Shown here: in pieces, positions 1-10,022 of the stretch
Numbering within the stretch: the first letter of the stretch is position 1
Layout of the letters: every line of letters starts with the position of its first letter
Sequence record: OZ195776.1
DNA length: 64,000 nucleotides
Strand: one strand, 5' to 3'
Made by a program: the position numbers and the translations under genes
The notes under the pieces: model-generated
Told to the model about the DNA's origin: nothing
The model's database searches: none
Seen by the model: only the letters and a program-made list of their open reading frames with translations

Positions 1-36
1 AACTTTAAGCCTCATGATAAGGCAAATGGTGGTTTT

Positions 37-453
37 ATGCGAACGAAGCGCTTAAAACACGATTTTAGAACGTTCTACGATGCACAGGAGGTTTGGTTCA
101 AACAGATCCTTGCGGAACATCGAGTTGATGTGAAGCAGCGAAATGGAACAATGCGTAAGAAGAACCCAGTATTTTACACATGTGGCATTCGACCAGCTAA
201 GATAAGAAAAACGTTGAATAAAGGATGTGGTTTGGTGATAATGGATACGGACGGAATTACACCTAAAGTATTCGCAATCGCAATCGGCAACGTTAGATAC
301 ACATTCGAAGCAATGGACAGTTTAGGTAACGGTGCTTGTAATGCACAACAAGGTAGAAAAGTTGTTGACGTTAGCGAGTGTATCGATTACAATGACGATG
401 TTGAAGATTGGGATTTTGATTCAGAAATCGAAGATTTATTATTAGACGAGTGA
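37..453 (+). CDS. hypothetical protein with acidic C-terminus
   Basis: 138-aa ORF preceded by GGTGG; directly upstream of the radical SAM gene. Confidence 0.7.
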   Translation: MRTKRLKHDFRTFYDAQEVWFKQILAEHRVDVKQRNGTMRKKNPVFYTCGIRPAKIRKTLNKGCGLVIMDTDGITPKVFAIAIGNVRYTFEAMDSLGNGACNAQQGRKVVDVSECIDYNDDVEDWDFDSEIEDLLLDE

Positions 454-463
454 GTATTACATA

Positions 464-1309
464 ATGGAAACTATTAACCGTAAAAACTTTACAAATGGCT
501 TTGTTGCTGCATTGGCATTAGAAGATGGGATGAAAATCGAAACCACAGCTACTTGCCTACCAGTCGCTACCGAAATGCGTGGTACTGGTCGAACAGACAA
601 TCGAGTCGATTACAACAATCACGACGATGTCAATTGGAAGCAAAAGTACATGATTGGTGTATCCACTCAAAGTGGTTGTCCAGTTAAGTGTAAGTTCTGT
701 GCGGTTAATAAGCTGACTGAGAAACAAGGTTGGCGTAATCTAACTACAGAAGAAATCATCGAACAAGTTCAGTGGGCTATTGACGAGAGTGGTCACAATC
801 CCAACGATGCTGAAATCTTCCGTGTGTTGTTTACTCGAATGGGTGAACCGGCAATGAACGTGAAGAACGTAATCGAAGCTGCTCGAATTCTGAAAGTGCA
901 ATTCCCACACGTACGCATTCAAATCAGTACAATTGGTTTTGGTGTACACAGCCGTCGTCTTGTTATTGAGTTGGCAAAACTAACAGAAGAGTTCGATGAT
1001 GAGTTCATTGAACTTCAATTCAGCATTCATAGCACAGACAACGAGTTCCGCAAATGGTTGCAACACAACGGTGTGCTCGAGAACGAGACGATTAGTAACT
1101 TGATCGCCGCCCATTGGCAACCTGAAAAACGCAATTGGAAGGTTACGCTGAATTTTGCACTCGCGGAAGATACTCCATTTGATGTAGCGAAGCTACGTGA
1201 GCAATTCAACCCAGAGCAAGTTTTCATCAAAGTTTCTCCTATCAACGAGAATAGCGAATCTGATGACAACGGCATTAAAAGTCTATTCAAAAATGAAAAC
1301 ACAATTTAA
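464..1309 (+). CDS. RlmN/Cfr-like radical SAM protein, C-terminally truncated
   Basis: CxxxCxxC (STQSGCPVKCKFC), RNLTTEEIIEQV, MGEP, ISTIG and SIHS match RlmN motifs; lacks the C-terminal AACGQ segment and has Gly at the C118-equivalent position. Confidence 0.85.
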   Translation: METINRKNFTNGFVAALALEDGMKIETTATCLPVATEMRGTGRTDNRVDYNNHDDVNWKQKYMIGVSTQSGCPVKCKFCAVNKLTEKQGWRNLTTEEIIEQVQWAIDESGHNPNDAEIFRVLFTRMGEPAMNVKNVIEAARILKVQFPHVRIQISTIGFGVHSRRLVIELAKLTEEFDDEFIELQFSIHSTDNEFRKWLQHNGVLENETISNLIAAHWQPEKRNWKVTLNFALAEDTPFDVAKLREQFNPEQVFIKVSPINENSESDDNGIKSLFKNENTI

Positions 1310-1319
1310 AGGTATTATT

Positions 1320-1544
1320 ATGAACGGTAATGACGTAATGAAAGAAGTAAAAGAAGCTGGCTTTGACGCGGGTTTAGCGATCGCAACCGATGCTGAAGTA
1401 AACGCGGGTGCAGCGTGCGGTCAAATGGCAATTCTTGATGAAGTAAAAGAAGCGGGGTTCGATGCAGGTCTTGCAATCGCAACTGACGCGGAAGTGGATG
1501 CTGGTGCAGCATGTGGTCAAATGGCAATTTTGGAAGATGCATAA
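1320..1544 (+). CDS. 74-aa peptide with two 32-aa repeats, each carrying the RlmN-type GAACGQ motif
   Basis: SD AAAGGT 6 nt before ATG 1320; repeats differ at 15 synonymous and 2 non-synonymous codons. Confidence 0.85.
   Translation: MNGNDVMKEVKEAGFDAGLAIATDAEVNAGAACGQMAILDEVKEAGFDAGLAIATDAEVDAGAACGQMAILEDA
1344..1535 (+). repeat. two tandem 96-nt units (1344-1439, 1440-1535)
   Basis: EVKEAGFDAGLAIATDAEV(N/D)AGAACGQMAIL(D/E) twice. Confidence 0.95.
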
Positions 1545-1798
1545 TGAGTAAGAAGCAGTTCAACCCAGCAGTTATTGAATTAGCAAAAGACATCGCAGCG
1601 TTTGCATCCATCACGGCCAAGGTCGGATTCGAAGATTGTCTGACCAACCAAAAGTTATTTGTTGAAATGTGTAACGAAGCAGGATTTACCACAGTATCTG
1701 GTAAGCCACTAACTCAAATGAATTTCCGTCATATGATGGGTCGATTGCCCGACGAAGTGAAACTAGAAATACGTGATTCGTTTGACTTCAACGCATAA
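1544..1798 (+). CDS. asiA: anti-sigma70 factor AsiA homolog
   Basis: Similar to T4 AsiA (FASITAK..EDCLTNQKLFVEMCNEAG...KPLTQMNFR); TAATG coupling; convergent with the holin position as in T4. Confidence 0.75.
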   Translation: MSKKQFNPAVIELAKDIAAFASITAKVGFEDCLTNQKLFVEMCNEAGFTTVSGKPLTQMNFRHMMGRLPDEVKLEIRDSFDFNA

Positions 1799-1801
1799 AG
1801 G

Positions 1802-1825
1802 AAAAGCCGCATATGCGGCTTTTTT
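1802..1825. terminator. bidirectional intrinsic terminator
   Basis: AAAAGCCGC-ATAT-GCGGCTTTT between convergent genes. Confidence 0.85.
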
Positions 1826-2207
1826 ATTTTGTTATCTTAGACTCAAGTTTACCAACAGTCACTACAAGCTGGTTAGTGGTCTTGGTTAAGTTGTTCGTAG
1901 CAATTGTTAAGTTTTCAAGCGCTGTTGTCATTTTAGCGTTCGCCACTTCAAGATTGTTAATACGATCAAGCGTAATATTCTGAGCCTTTGTTAGGCTACT
2001 GAATTGCTGTTCTTTTGTCAAAATCTGACGTTCAAGTACAGCGATGCGCGTGTCTTTGTTAGCATCTTCTTGAATAAGATATCGTCTCTCGTCCATAGCC
2101 TTTGATAAGTCTTTGATATCGTCGTTCATGACGTACAAAGCACCAATGGCGGGGATTGCGATGGCGAGTATGGTTAGTAAGTTCTTTCTGATCCAGTTGG
2201 TATCCAT
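1824..2207 (-). CDS. probable holin/lysis membrane protein
   Basis: Single N-terminal TM helix plus coiled coil; sits between the distal tail fibre and asiA, the position of T4 gene t. Confidence 0.5.
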   Translation of the reverse strand: MDTNWIRKNLLTILAIAIPAIGALYVMNDDIKDLSKAMDERRYLIQEDANKDTRIAVLERQILTKEQQFSSLTKAQNITLDRINNLEVANAKMTTALENLTIATNNLTKTTNQLVVTVGKLESKITK

Positions 2208-2269
2208 AGGATTTCCCTTAGATTAGTGGAGACAATCCTGTCCCCACTTAGCTTATAGTTCAATGATAT

Positions 2270-5200
2270 TTAACGTTTGAAAAAGTCCAACAGCTTGCGC
2301 CACGTTGGTTTCTTCAATTGCTCGATTTGCTCTTGCTGCTCTTTTATAGCCTCAACTAACAAACCTACCATATTACCATACGCCACTGAATACTTGGCAT
2401 CTGCGTCGTCCTCAGTAGGACCGCCCAATACAGCTTCTGGTAACACCTCAAGCACTTCCTGTGCAATAACACCCGTTTGACGCGAACAATCATCATCGAT
2501 TCTGTCGTAGGTGTAGCCACCTAATTTCATCACTTTCTCTAACGGATTCTCAATCTTTTTGATGTTCGTCTTAACACGAAGATCTGAATATGCAGTAACG
2601 TTACCAGTACAAGTCAAGTCACCTGTGGATGATAGGGACATTTTCTCGACATACGTTACCGTTTCGCTACCAGCTGCGATACTACTATCAGTAGACCACT
2701 TCATTGCTGAGTTAACAGCATCGTTTGCTACTTCGATTTCCCACGCACTACCATCTTCTCTTGATTGATCATGAGCAAGACCGCCACCAAATCTCAAACC
2801 AACGTTGCCGCCACCATCGTTCGTGAATACTTTCATAGCACCGATAATAGCATCACCACCATTGGCATCACCTATCACCAACGAAGAATCGCCAATGTCG
2901 TTGATCTTCACACCAGCAGCAAAAGTAATCTTACCAGCAGCGGTATCACCTGCATCACTTCTCAGGAATTGACTTGCTTGTAATCCGTCAACCTTATCCG
3001 AGTCTGTGGCCTTTCCGTCACTTCTTAGGAACTGGGTTGAATTCAATCCATCCAATAGATCCGAATCAGCAGCTTTCGCGGTAATACCAAGATATCGAGC
3101 ATCTCCCTCGGATTTACTGTATACGCCAACGTGTGTTCTAACGGCACCCATGTCACTACAGAATCGAACGTAATTGTCACTACTGCTATTGACACGATAT
3201 GCAATCGCACCAGCGATCGTAGTTTGATTATTGTAAGTTGGACGAAGCAATCGACAATAAATGTCACCAGAACTGTTTCGTGCAGCGATTGTATTAGCGG
3301 TTCCACCCGTAGCTGATTGCAAACCATCCAACAGATCAGCATCTAATCCACTACCAGCGCCATCGTTATTTGCGTTCCAAATCTCATGATCGGTACCGCC
3401 GCTATCTCTCCACACAGGAGGATTTTGACTGGCTAGTCTAACATCAGCACGTCCAGTACTACCCAGATACGCCGACGTCGCATTTACTTGAAGCAATGGC
3501 TTGTTGTCAGAACCGTAAATCGTATTCATTGAATTGATTCGTTGGTTAAACGTTGCGATTGCTGAGTACGTATTAACAGCAGTCCATGTTTGGGCTTTTG
3601 TTAATTCACCAAATGCAGTACGCTGAGCGCCATCTAACAAATCCGCATCAAGTCCACTACCAGTACCATCGTTACCAGCATGCCAAACTTCGTTGTCAAG
3701 AATCTTCAATCCGGTTTGAGACAACTGCATTACGTTGGTGCTTGCGGTATTCGAGTTGTAATGGTAGTCCCAATTGAACGTTGCTTGCGCAGATGTTCCG
3801 TATCTATGCGCGTTTAACAACCAACCATAGCCTGCGGCAGATGTCGATGATGCGAATGCAATCGAAGTACGGCCAGTTGTATTGGTTGTAGTGCTCGGTT
3901 GCAATACAATAGATGCTGCATCAAAGATCGTGCCATTTGTTTGTGCTTTTGTAATATGAACTTTGTTTTTTGATACGATTCTGTTGTTGAAGTCGTTGTT
4001 ACCAGTCCATGTATTAGCACCAGCTAATTTACCAAATGATGCGTGGTCGTAACCATCCAACGAGTTTGCTTCTTGAGCATACGTGTATGCGTTTGAAATC
4101 GTCGTGCTTAGGTCTGGAATTGCGGTTGCATCGATACTGATGTCCCAACCGTCGTTCCAACGATTTGTATCTGAGTCACCGTACCCATGTTGGAAATCTC
4201 GAATCGATACTTGGGTGTATGACCAACTCGTTGTTGATTCACCGATCCAAACGCAGCAATTTGTACCATCGTGACCAAAGCGTACGTTGTAATTGTTGCC
4301 CTTTGGACCCACAATCGCAGCGCTTGCGTTCACCCACGTAGACGAGCTACCGTAGTTGTAACCACCAATCAACACCGAAAATGTATGCCCAGTTGTATAC
4401 TCATACACATCCACCCAGAATTTCATCATGGTGCTTGTCCACGATACAGGCAATGTAACTTTGATATATCCAGTTGAGGTTGAGGTTGTTGTTTCAAAAT
4501 GACCACCACCGACTGAGTGATGAATACGACCGGTACGGATACCGTTTGCCGCGCCGACGCTAAGGTTATTCGACATACCAACATCTTGGTCGCTTCGTAG
4601 GAATTGACTTCCTTGCAATCCGTCAACAGTGTCGGCATTCAGACCGCTACCAGGACCGTCGTTCCCAGCGTGCCATACTTTATTACCGTTGTATTGAATT
4701 GCATCGGTTTGACTACCAGCCCCACCATTGATTTTCAGAATGTTCTGACCGGACTTGATGTGAACGGTACGACTAGTTTCATTGTCATTCGAATCCGCAT
4801 TCAGCCAAATATCACCAACTGAAGTTAGCGTAATATCCGTTGAGTTGAACTGCAACTCATAACTCGACGCTGCTCCTCGAATGTTGTTTGTGCCCATTGT
4901 TAACAGGCCAGTCATCGTATCGCCTGAAGCGTTTATGTAACGCGCGTCTAGCGTAGTGTAACTATTGGCTGTAAAGATTTCCTTACCTAGCCAATTGAAC
5001 GTAGATCCGCTAGCTACAAAACCGTTAGTTGCGGTGGATCCAACTTGAAATCCCCCATCTGTTCTTACAAAGCTGTTACCGAAATACACGCCTGATGTTG
5101 AATCGCCAGTGTCGTTAATTCGCAACCAACTGTCAGTGGTTCGTACGACAGTTTTGCCAGCTACTTTGAAGTTGGTAACTTTGAAGTCTGCATTACCGTT

Positions 5201-5608
5201 GTCTAATATGAATCGCTGAGTACCTGTGGTATCTTCTCTGATACCAAACTTAGATCCATCTACAATAACGTACCACTTTTTGCTACCCTCAGTCAGAGTC
5301 AGACGTGGTGACGTACCTTGGATTTCGATATCATTGCTGGTAACTGTCAACTTACCAGACATCGTATCGCCGTTTTTGCTTACATAGCCTGCACCGTTGA
5401 TAGGAGCAAACCTTGCATCAGATTCGGTTTTCGTATACGCACTTGTAGTTCCTCCATTTCCTAATTCACCAGGAAGCGGAGTATCGTGCTCGGTATATAT
5501 TTTGTAGCCTGAGTAGCGGACCGTCTCACCTTGCGTTTGAAAGCGCAGATTTCCGCTGTGCCAGACCAGATTTCCGCCAATTGACGTTGACGATCTTAAC
5601 TCTGCCAT
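2270..5608 (-). CDS. long tail fibre distal subunit (gp37-like) with C-terminal S74 intramolecular chaperone
   Basis: WHAGNDGxGSGLxAD repeats; AYSDLRVKTNI...GVIAQEV chaperone motif; start moved to MAELRSS at 5608. Confidence 0.85.
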   Translation of the reverse strand: MAELRSSTSIGGNLVWHSGNLRFQTQGETVRYSGYKIYTEHDTPLPGELGNGGTTSAYTKTESDARFAPINGAGYVSKNGDTMSGKLTVTSNDIEIQGTSPRLTLTEGSKKWYVIVDGSKFGIREDTTGTQRFILDNGNADFKVTNFKVAGKTVVRTTDSWLRINDTGDSTSGVYFGNSFVRTDGGFQVGSTATNGFVASGSTFNWLGKEIFTANSYTTLDARYINASGDTMTGLLTMGTNNIRGAASSYELQFNSTDITLTSVGDIWLNADSNDNETSRTVHIKSGQNILKINGGAGSQTDAIQYNGNKVWHAGNDGPGSGLNADTVDGLQGSQFLRSDQDVGMSNNLSVGAANGIRTGRIHHSVGGGHFETTTSTSTGYIKVTLPVSWTSTMMKFWVDVYEYTTGHTFSVLIGGYNYGSSSTWVNASAAIVGPKGNNYNVRFGHDGTNCCVWIGESTTSWSYTQVSIRDFQHGYGDSDTNRWNDGWDISIDATAIPDLSTTISNAYTYAQEANSLDGYDHASFGKLAGANTWTGNNDFNNRIVSKNKVHITKAQTNGTIFDAASIVLQPSTTTNTTGRTSIAFASSTSAAGYGWLLNAHRYGTSAQATFNWDYHYNSNTASTNVMQLSQTGLKILDNEVWHAGNDGTGSGLDADLLDGAQRTAFGELTKAQTWTAVNTYSAIATFNQRINSMNTIYGSDNKPLLQVNATSAYLGSTGRADVRLASQNPPVWRDSGGTDHEIWNANNDGAGSGLDADLLDGLQSATGGTANTIAARNSSGDIYCRLLRPTYNNQTTIAGAIAYRVNSSSDNYVRFCSDMGAVRTHVGVYSKSEGDARYLGITAKAADSDLLDGLNSTQFLRSDGKATDSDKVDGLQASQFLRSDAGDTAAGKITFAAGVKINDIGDSSLVIGDANGGDAIIGAMKVFTNDGGGNVGLRFGGGLAHDQSREDGSAWEIEVANDAVNSAMKWSTDSSIAAGSETVTYVEKMSLSSTGDLTCTGNVTAYSDLRVKTNIKKIENPLEKVMKLGGYTYDRIDDDCSRQTGVIAQEVLEVLPEAVLGGPTEDDADAKYSVAYGNMVGLLVEAIKEQQEQIEQLKKPTWRKLLDFFKR

Positions 5609-5650
5609 TTTATGTTCCTTTAGGTATATGTTTCTATTTAGCAGATAAAG

Positions 5651-5675
5651 AAAAAGCACCCGAAGGTGCTCTTTA
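5651..5675 (-). terminator. intrinsic terminator with UUCG loop
   Basis: GAGCACC-TTCG-GGTGCTTTTT on - strand. Confidence 0.85.
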
Positions 5676-6842
5676 TTAATGAAGCTGAGCTTTTAGGTCT
5701 TCGACCGTTTGCATCAACATCTCTACTTTATTATTCAGTCCCTCAATCGCAGCAGCTTGAACTGCTACAAGACGACCGTAATCAAGCGTTTTGTAATTTT
5801 CACCAGATAGTGATTCATTACCATCTGGATTGTTGTCGAACGGAGCAAGTGGAGTAACTTCTGGATAATCTTTAGAGACCTTATCAGCAAGCAATCCAAT
5901 CTCAATCTTATCCATGTTGAATCCAGCCAAACGATTGGCTGTCTCGTTCCAAGTGTATTTCACCTTATCCCAACTCAGTACCTGTTTGAGAGCCGTGTCT
6001 GGATCAAGATGTTCGACAATGTCTTTTAAACGTCCATCAGAAGCGTACGCTATTACGTTACCTGTAGCAGATACATCAACCGTCGTCGTTAGTGTTCCAG
6101 TGATTGCAACACCGCCAGTCGCTGTTTGTAGTTTAGTGCTACCAGCGAACAATAAGTCAGCAGAACCCGTCGCCTGACAACGCAAATACCACTGCGAGTC
6201 GGTATCGTTGTATATGCCACTAGAGCTACCATCTGCCATGTAAGACCACAATTGCGAATCAGAAGCATTTGATATTTGAATACCTCCCCAACCGGTTGTT
6301 GTTGATTTGATTTGCAATAGTCCGGCACGGTCTGTTGATTCTTTTAACGTATTGGTACCAACAACAAATGATGTTGCTGATGCAGGACCTTCAACATCCA
6401 GTCCAGCTCCAGCAACCTGCAACGTATTATCTCCAACGAGAATCAATCGCGCATCATAATCTTCTGTGCCGTTACTGAAGTCGATGTGTGGGCTTGCTTC
6501 ACCTGCACCTTGAAGTTGGATCTGTGGATCGTTCGCAGAAGAAACACCAATGTAAACACCACGTTGGGTTTGAGACGTACCTAGACTACCATTGAATTTA
6601 CCATATCCAGTGTTGACTAATAAGTTGCCACCAACATCAACATCACCAACGACAGATAGGTCATCACCAAACGTTGCCAACCTTGCATTGACTATTAAGT
6701 TGCCGTCAATGGTCGTATCGCCCTTCACGGTCAAATCAACACCAATGGTAGCCGTTCCATCCACCATTAGATTTTTGTTTATTCTACCATCAGCGGTGAC
6801 CAGAAGGTCACCGTAAACAGTACTACTCGATAATTGAGCCAT
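5676..6842 (-). CDS. tail fibre protein with C-terminal S74 chaperone domain
   Basis: AYASDGRLKD...IGLLA...LDYGRLVAV motif; VxGD repeats. Confidence 0.8.
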   Translation of the reverse strand: MAQLSSSTVYGDLLVTADGRINKNLMVDGTATIGVDLTVKGDTTIDGNLIVNARLATFGDDLSVVGDVDVGGNLLVNTGYGKFNGSLGTSQTQRGVYIGVSSANDPQIQLQGAGEASPHIDFSNGTEDYDARLILVGDNTLQVAGAGLDVEGPASATSFVVGTNTLKESTDRAGLLQIKSTTTGWGGIQISNASDSQLWSYMADGSSSGIYNDTDSQWYLRCQATGSADLLFAGSTKLQTATGGVAITGTLTTTVDVSATGNVIAYASDGRLKDIVEHLDPDTALKQVLSWDKVKYTWNETANRLAGFNMDKIEIGLLADKVSKDYPEVTPLAPFDNNPDGNESLSGENYKTLDYGRLVAVQAAAIEGLNNKVEMLMQTVEDLKAQLH

Positions 6843-9800
6843 TATACTTCCTTAATTTCGTGTACCGACACAGACCCATCTTCGTATATGGACATCGGAG
6901 ATTCATTTGCAATGTAACTATTTAGTCTCAATGCTTCTTCCTCAGTCAATGCACGATCGTACGCTCGAATTGAACGAATTACCGAGCCTGGAATCTGGTC
7001 GCAGAACGTACCCACATACGACCTACCCAAATCAAAAGACGGATCGTGAGTTGTTGGAACTTTATCCCAAATCGTCTGAGCGCCTGATTTACTTCCGTTT
7101 ATGTAATGATGTGACGTTGCAGTTCCATCACCATCCAACGCGTATGTGAATATCCACACCGCTCGCTCATCTGCAGCAAATGCACCTGCAGTGTGGATGC
7201 TATATCCGCCACTACCTTGATTGGAGTCCTTGTACACTTGAACGTTTCCACTTTGGTCGAAGTTCACCGCGAACTCGTGCGTATAGTGCGTTTCTAATAG
7301 GCCAGTTCGACCACCATCAATTGTGCCATGAGGTCCTGGAACGAAATCGACTACCAACGTAATCTCTCCGGTTAGATCGGCCTTCCCAGCAATGTCACCG
7401 CAACTGTAATAGCCACCAATCAATCCACGACCATCGTGCACAGCACCTTGAGATGTTCCATCAATGCCGTTTCCAGATAAGTCGGTAGCATCGCCACGAG
7501 TAAAGTCCCAATACCCAACCAATCCTTCGGTAACGCCCACTTCACTAACCTCACCAAATTTAGCAACGCCAGTTTCGGTAACGCCCAAATGCGTAGAAAA
7601 GTCCTGCGAGTAGGCATCGGATGTTGTTGTTGTGGCGTTGTTTTTCCACCACTCCGTATATTTCCGACCACCCTTCTCTGCAATCATAGCGTAATGATCA
7701 CGAGAATGAGTTACTTTGGAAATTTCAGTGGCTCCAAACGCATCGCTCATACAGGTGTTGATCTCAGCGGATGTATACATTGAATCGTATGAGTGGAATC
7801 CGCACAAATAACCATCCGGAATACCATTTACAAACTCAATGAATTTCTCATCCGCAGTATCAACAACAACCACAGTAGTTGGAGTCGTTGGATCATCAAT
7901 GTAATCAATGATGTAATCATCATCGGTGTACAAATCGAAGTTTGCATACGCCCAAGGTTTTAGCGCTCGGTCAAATACAACAACGTTAATCCCACGCGTA
8001 CGATACCCCACACGAGTACCATCAACAAAGAATCCAGAATCACCACGGTTTGGCGAATTGCCACCGGTACCAATTACTTTGAGATTGACTGATTCGCCTA
8101 ACGGAGCGTCCAATCGCTCATTGAATTCACTGGCAACTAACATTCCAGTATCTGACAACGATGCTTTTGTTTCGTACATAGCTTTCACGTCATCTGCAGA
8201 AAGAGCAGTTGCGTACACTCGAACATCATCCAATGTCAACTCTTTTGAGTAGTAACTTGCTGGTGGATTGTAGAACTGACCCATGCGCAATTCCGTACCA
8301 ACCGTCAGGGTACCGGCATGAGTTGCACTACCAACTTGAACACCGTCAATGTATCCACGCATCGTAGTTCCATCAAATGTGGATGTTAGTAGATGCCAAT
8401 TCCCATCTAGTAAACCAGATCCCCAGTTATACACTTTACGAGAACCGCTGATATTAAATCCACATCGAATGCTACCGCCAGATGATATCGACATTTCATA
8501 ACGAGCATCGTTGATATTAAACGGAATGTGATATGCATCACCACCAGTAACGGAAGTCTTTATCCAACACGACATCGTTACTCGATTTGAACCGCCTACG
8601 TTACATGGCGCATACGCAGCAGAATCATCAAAGTAAAATGCGCCCCCACCACTAGCAGAGTCCTTGGTCCAAACCGGAGCTCCTACCGAATATACCATAC
8701 CAGCATCATACTCGTGACCAGATGAATCTCGAATCGTTGCTGTTGGATTTTCACCAATAGTAAATTTAGTTGCTTTTGGTCTGCGCTCAATCTGAACATT
8801 ATCAATCCACTGCGTACTACCATCTGCGCTATAATGTCCGTAAAAATACACGGTCATGTTTTTTGTAATGTCAATTGTGCTTGGAATCGTTGTTGCGTAC
8901 TCTTGACGTTCCCACTGACCAACATTCGTCTGGGTGTGGGTTTTCTTGCCTGGTAACCACGTCCGACTACCACTTGTATTGTATACATAAAACCCAACGT
9001 TTTGACCTGCTCCAGAAACGTTAACTTTTTGATCCCATGAAACGACGATATCGTCATCAGTTGTGAATCCGAGATCGTCTAGGTTACCACCAGTTGCAGT
9101 AATTCCCATCCAACGCTTAGCATGACCAAATTGACCATTGTCGTTGATGTGTTTTTGACAAGGTGAACCATCTTTGCCTTCACGCACCCATTGACCATGA
9201 TAACCAATGGTCGGATCAGGAACACCACTATTGTACCCACTTGAAAATCCAGATACGGTTAACGCGTTCGGATGTAAAGCAGCGTTCCAACCAGGATCGT
9301 AGTTTTCATTCGTAACCGAGTCTCCAGTCGGGTCTGATTTTAGATTGTCAGTCACATCCACTTGATGATTGAAATCGTAATGAATTGCCAAACCCTTGGA
9401 TAGGTCCTTGATTTCTTTTACTGATAACGTTTCTGAGTAGAATCGAATGTCTTGCATGTACGCATCGGAGTTAGCACCTCCTCCACCAATTCGCATATCT
9501 GGTGGCTCTGGCATGGGCGGAGCGTGCATATTGCCACTTGATAATAAATTGCCGTTCAGATAACAGTACCACTTTGTACCATCCAACTGCCAAACGTAGT
9601 GATTCCATTCTGCCTTGGCGGTTCCGGCAATATTGCTGTTTGTGTACAATGCTCCATTCACCGCATCATTGCGACCTATCGAACAATACATGTCCTGGCC
9701 GCCACCGGTAGTAACATTACCACGTTCCCAACGACGATCGTATACGCCATCGTGCCAATGAATCAGATTTGCCCAAGACCCTACGCTATCATATTCATAC

Positions 9801-10015
9801 AAAAAGAACGACATCGCGAAGATGCCGCTATTCATGTACGCGTCTTTAAGTCGCTGAGGCCAGAGGATGTTCAATTCCCCAGAACTCAAATCAGCACATT
9901 TACCAAACATGCCACCGTCAACTAAACCTAACGTATCGATTTCTTTTGTTGTAACGTTTCTGCTCCAATCGTCAGTATCAACGTGGAGCGGAAACCATGC
10001 TTCTAATTGTGCCAT
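6842..10015 (-). CDS. multi-domain lectin-like adhesin (several LamG/concanavalin-like domains)
   Basis: Repeated LamG-type motifs (WNHYVW..YLNG..DIRFYSETLS; WHLLTSTFDG..DDVRVYATALS; IRAYDRALT) and a RGINVVVFD module. Confidence 0.7.
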   Translation of the reverse strand: MAQLEAWFPLHVDTDDWSRNVTTKEIDTLGLVDGGMFGKCADLSSGELNILWPQRLKDAYMNSGIFAMSFFLYEYDSVGSWANLIHWHDGVYDRRWERGNVTTGGGQDMYCSIGRNDAVNGALYTNSNIAGTAKAEWNHYVWQLDGTKWYCYLNGNLLSSGNMHAPPMPEPPDMRIGGGGANSDAYMQDIRFYSETLSVKEIKDLSKGLAIHYDFNHQVDVTDNLKSDPTGDSVTNENYDPGWNAALHPNALTVSGFSSGYNSGVPDPTIGYHGQWVREGKDGSPCQKHINDNGQFGHAKRWMGITATGGNLDDLGFTTDDDIVVSWDQKVNVSGAGQNVGFYVYNTSGSRTWLPGKKTHTQTNVGQWERQEYATTIPSTIDITKNMTVYFYGHYSADGSTQWIDNVQIERRPKATKFTIGENPTATIRDSSGHEYDAGMVYSVGAPVWTKDSASGGGAFYFDDSAAYAPCNVGGSNRVTMSCWIKTSVTGGDAYHIPFNINDARYEMSISSGGSIRCGFNISGSRKVYNWGSGLLDGNWHLLTSTFDGTTMRGYIDGVQVGSATHAGTLTVGTELRMGQFYNPPASYYSKELTLDDVRVYATALSADDVKAMYETKASLSDTGMLVASEFNERLDAPLGESVNLKVIGTGGNSPNRGDSGFFVDGTRVGYRTRGINVVVFDRALKPWAYANFDLYTDDDYIIDYIDDPTTPTTVVVVDTADEKFIEFVNGIPDGYLCGFHSYDSMYTSAEINTCMSDAFGATEISKVTHSRDHYAMIAEKGGRKYTEWWKNNATTTTSDAYSQDFSTHLGVTETGVAKFGEVSEVGVTEGLVGYWDFTRGDATDLSGNGIDGTSQGAVHDGRGLIGGYYSCGDIAGKADLTGEITLVVDFVPGPHGTIDGGRTGLLETHYTHEFAVNFDQSGNVQVYKDSNQGSGGYSIHTAGAFAADERAVWIFTYALDGDGTATSHHYINGSKSGAQTIWDKVPTTHDPSFDLGRSYVGTFCDQIPGSVIRSIRAYDRALTEEEALRLNSYIANESPMSIYEDGSVSVHEIKEV

Positions 10016-10022
10016 TTTTCAC

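Noticed and set aside
1197-1319. Upstream ATG giving a 115-aa version of the repeat peptide
   Set aside because: It overlaps the radical SAM ORF and has no SD; ATG 1320 has AAAGGT at normal spacing.
1285-1322. Programmed frameshift fusing the radical SAM ORF to the peptide
   Set aside because: It would need a +1 shift, no canonical site is evident, and the peptide has its own SD and ATG. Not fully excluded without proteomics.
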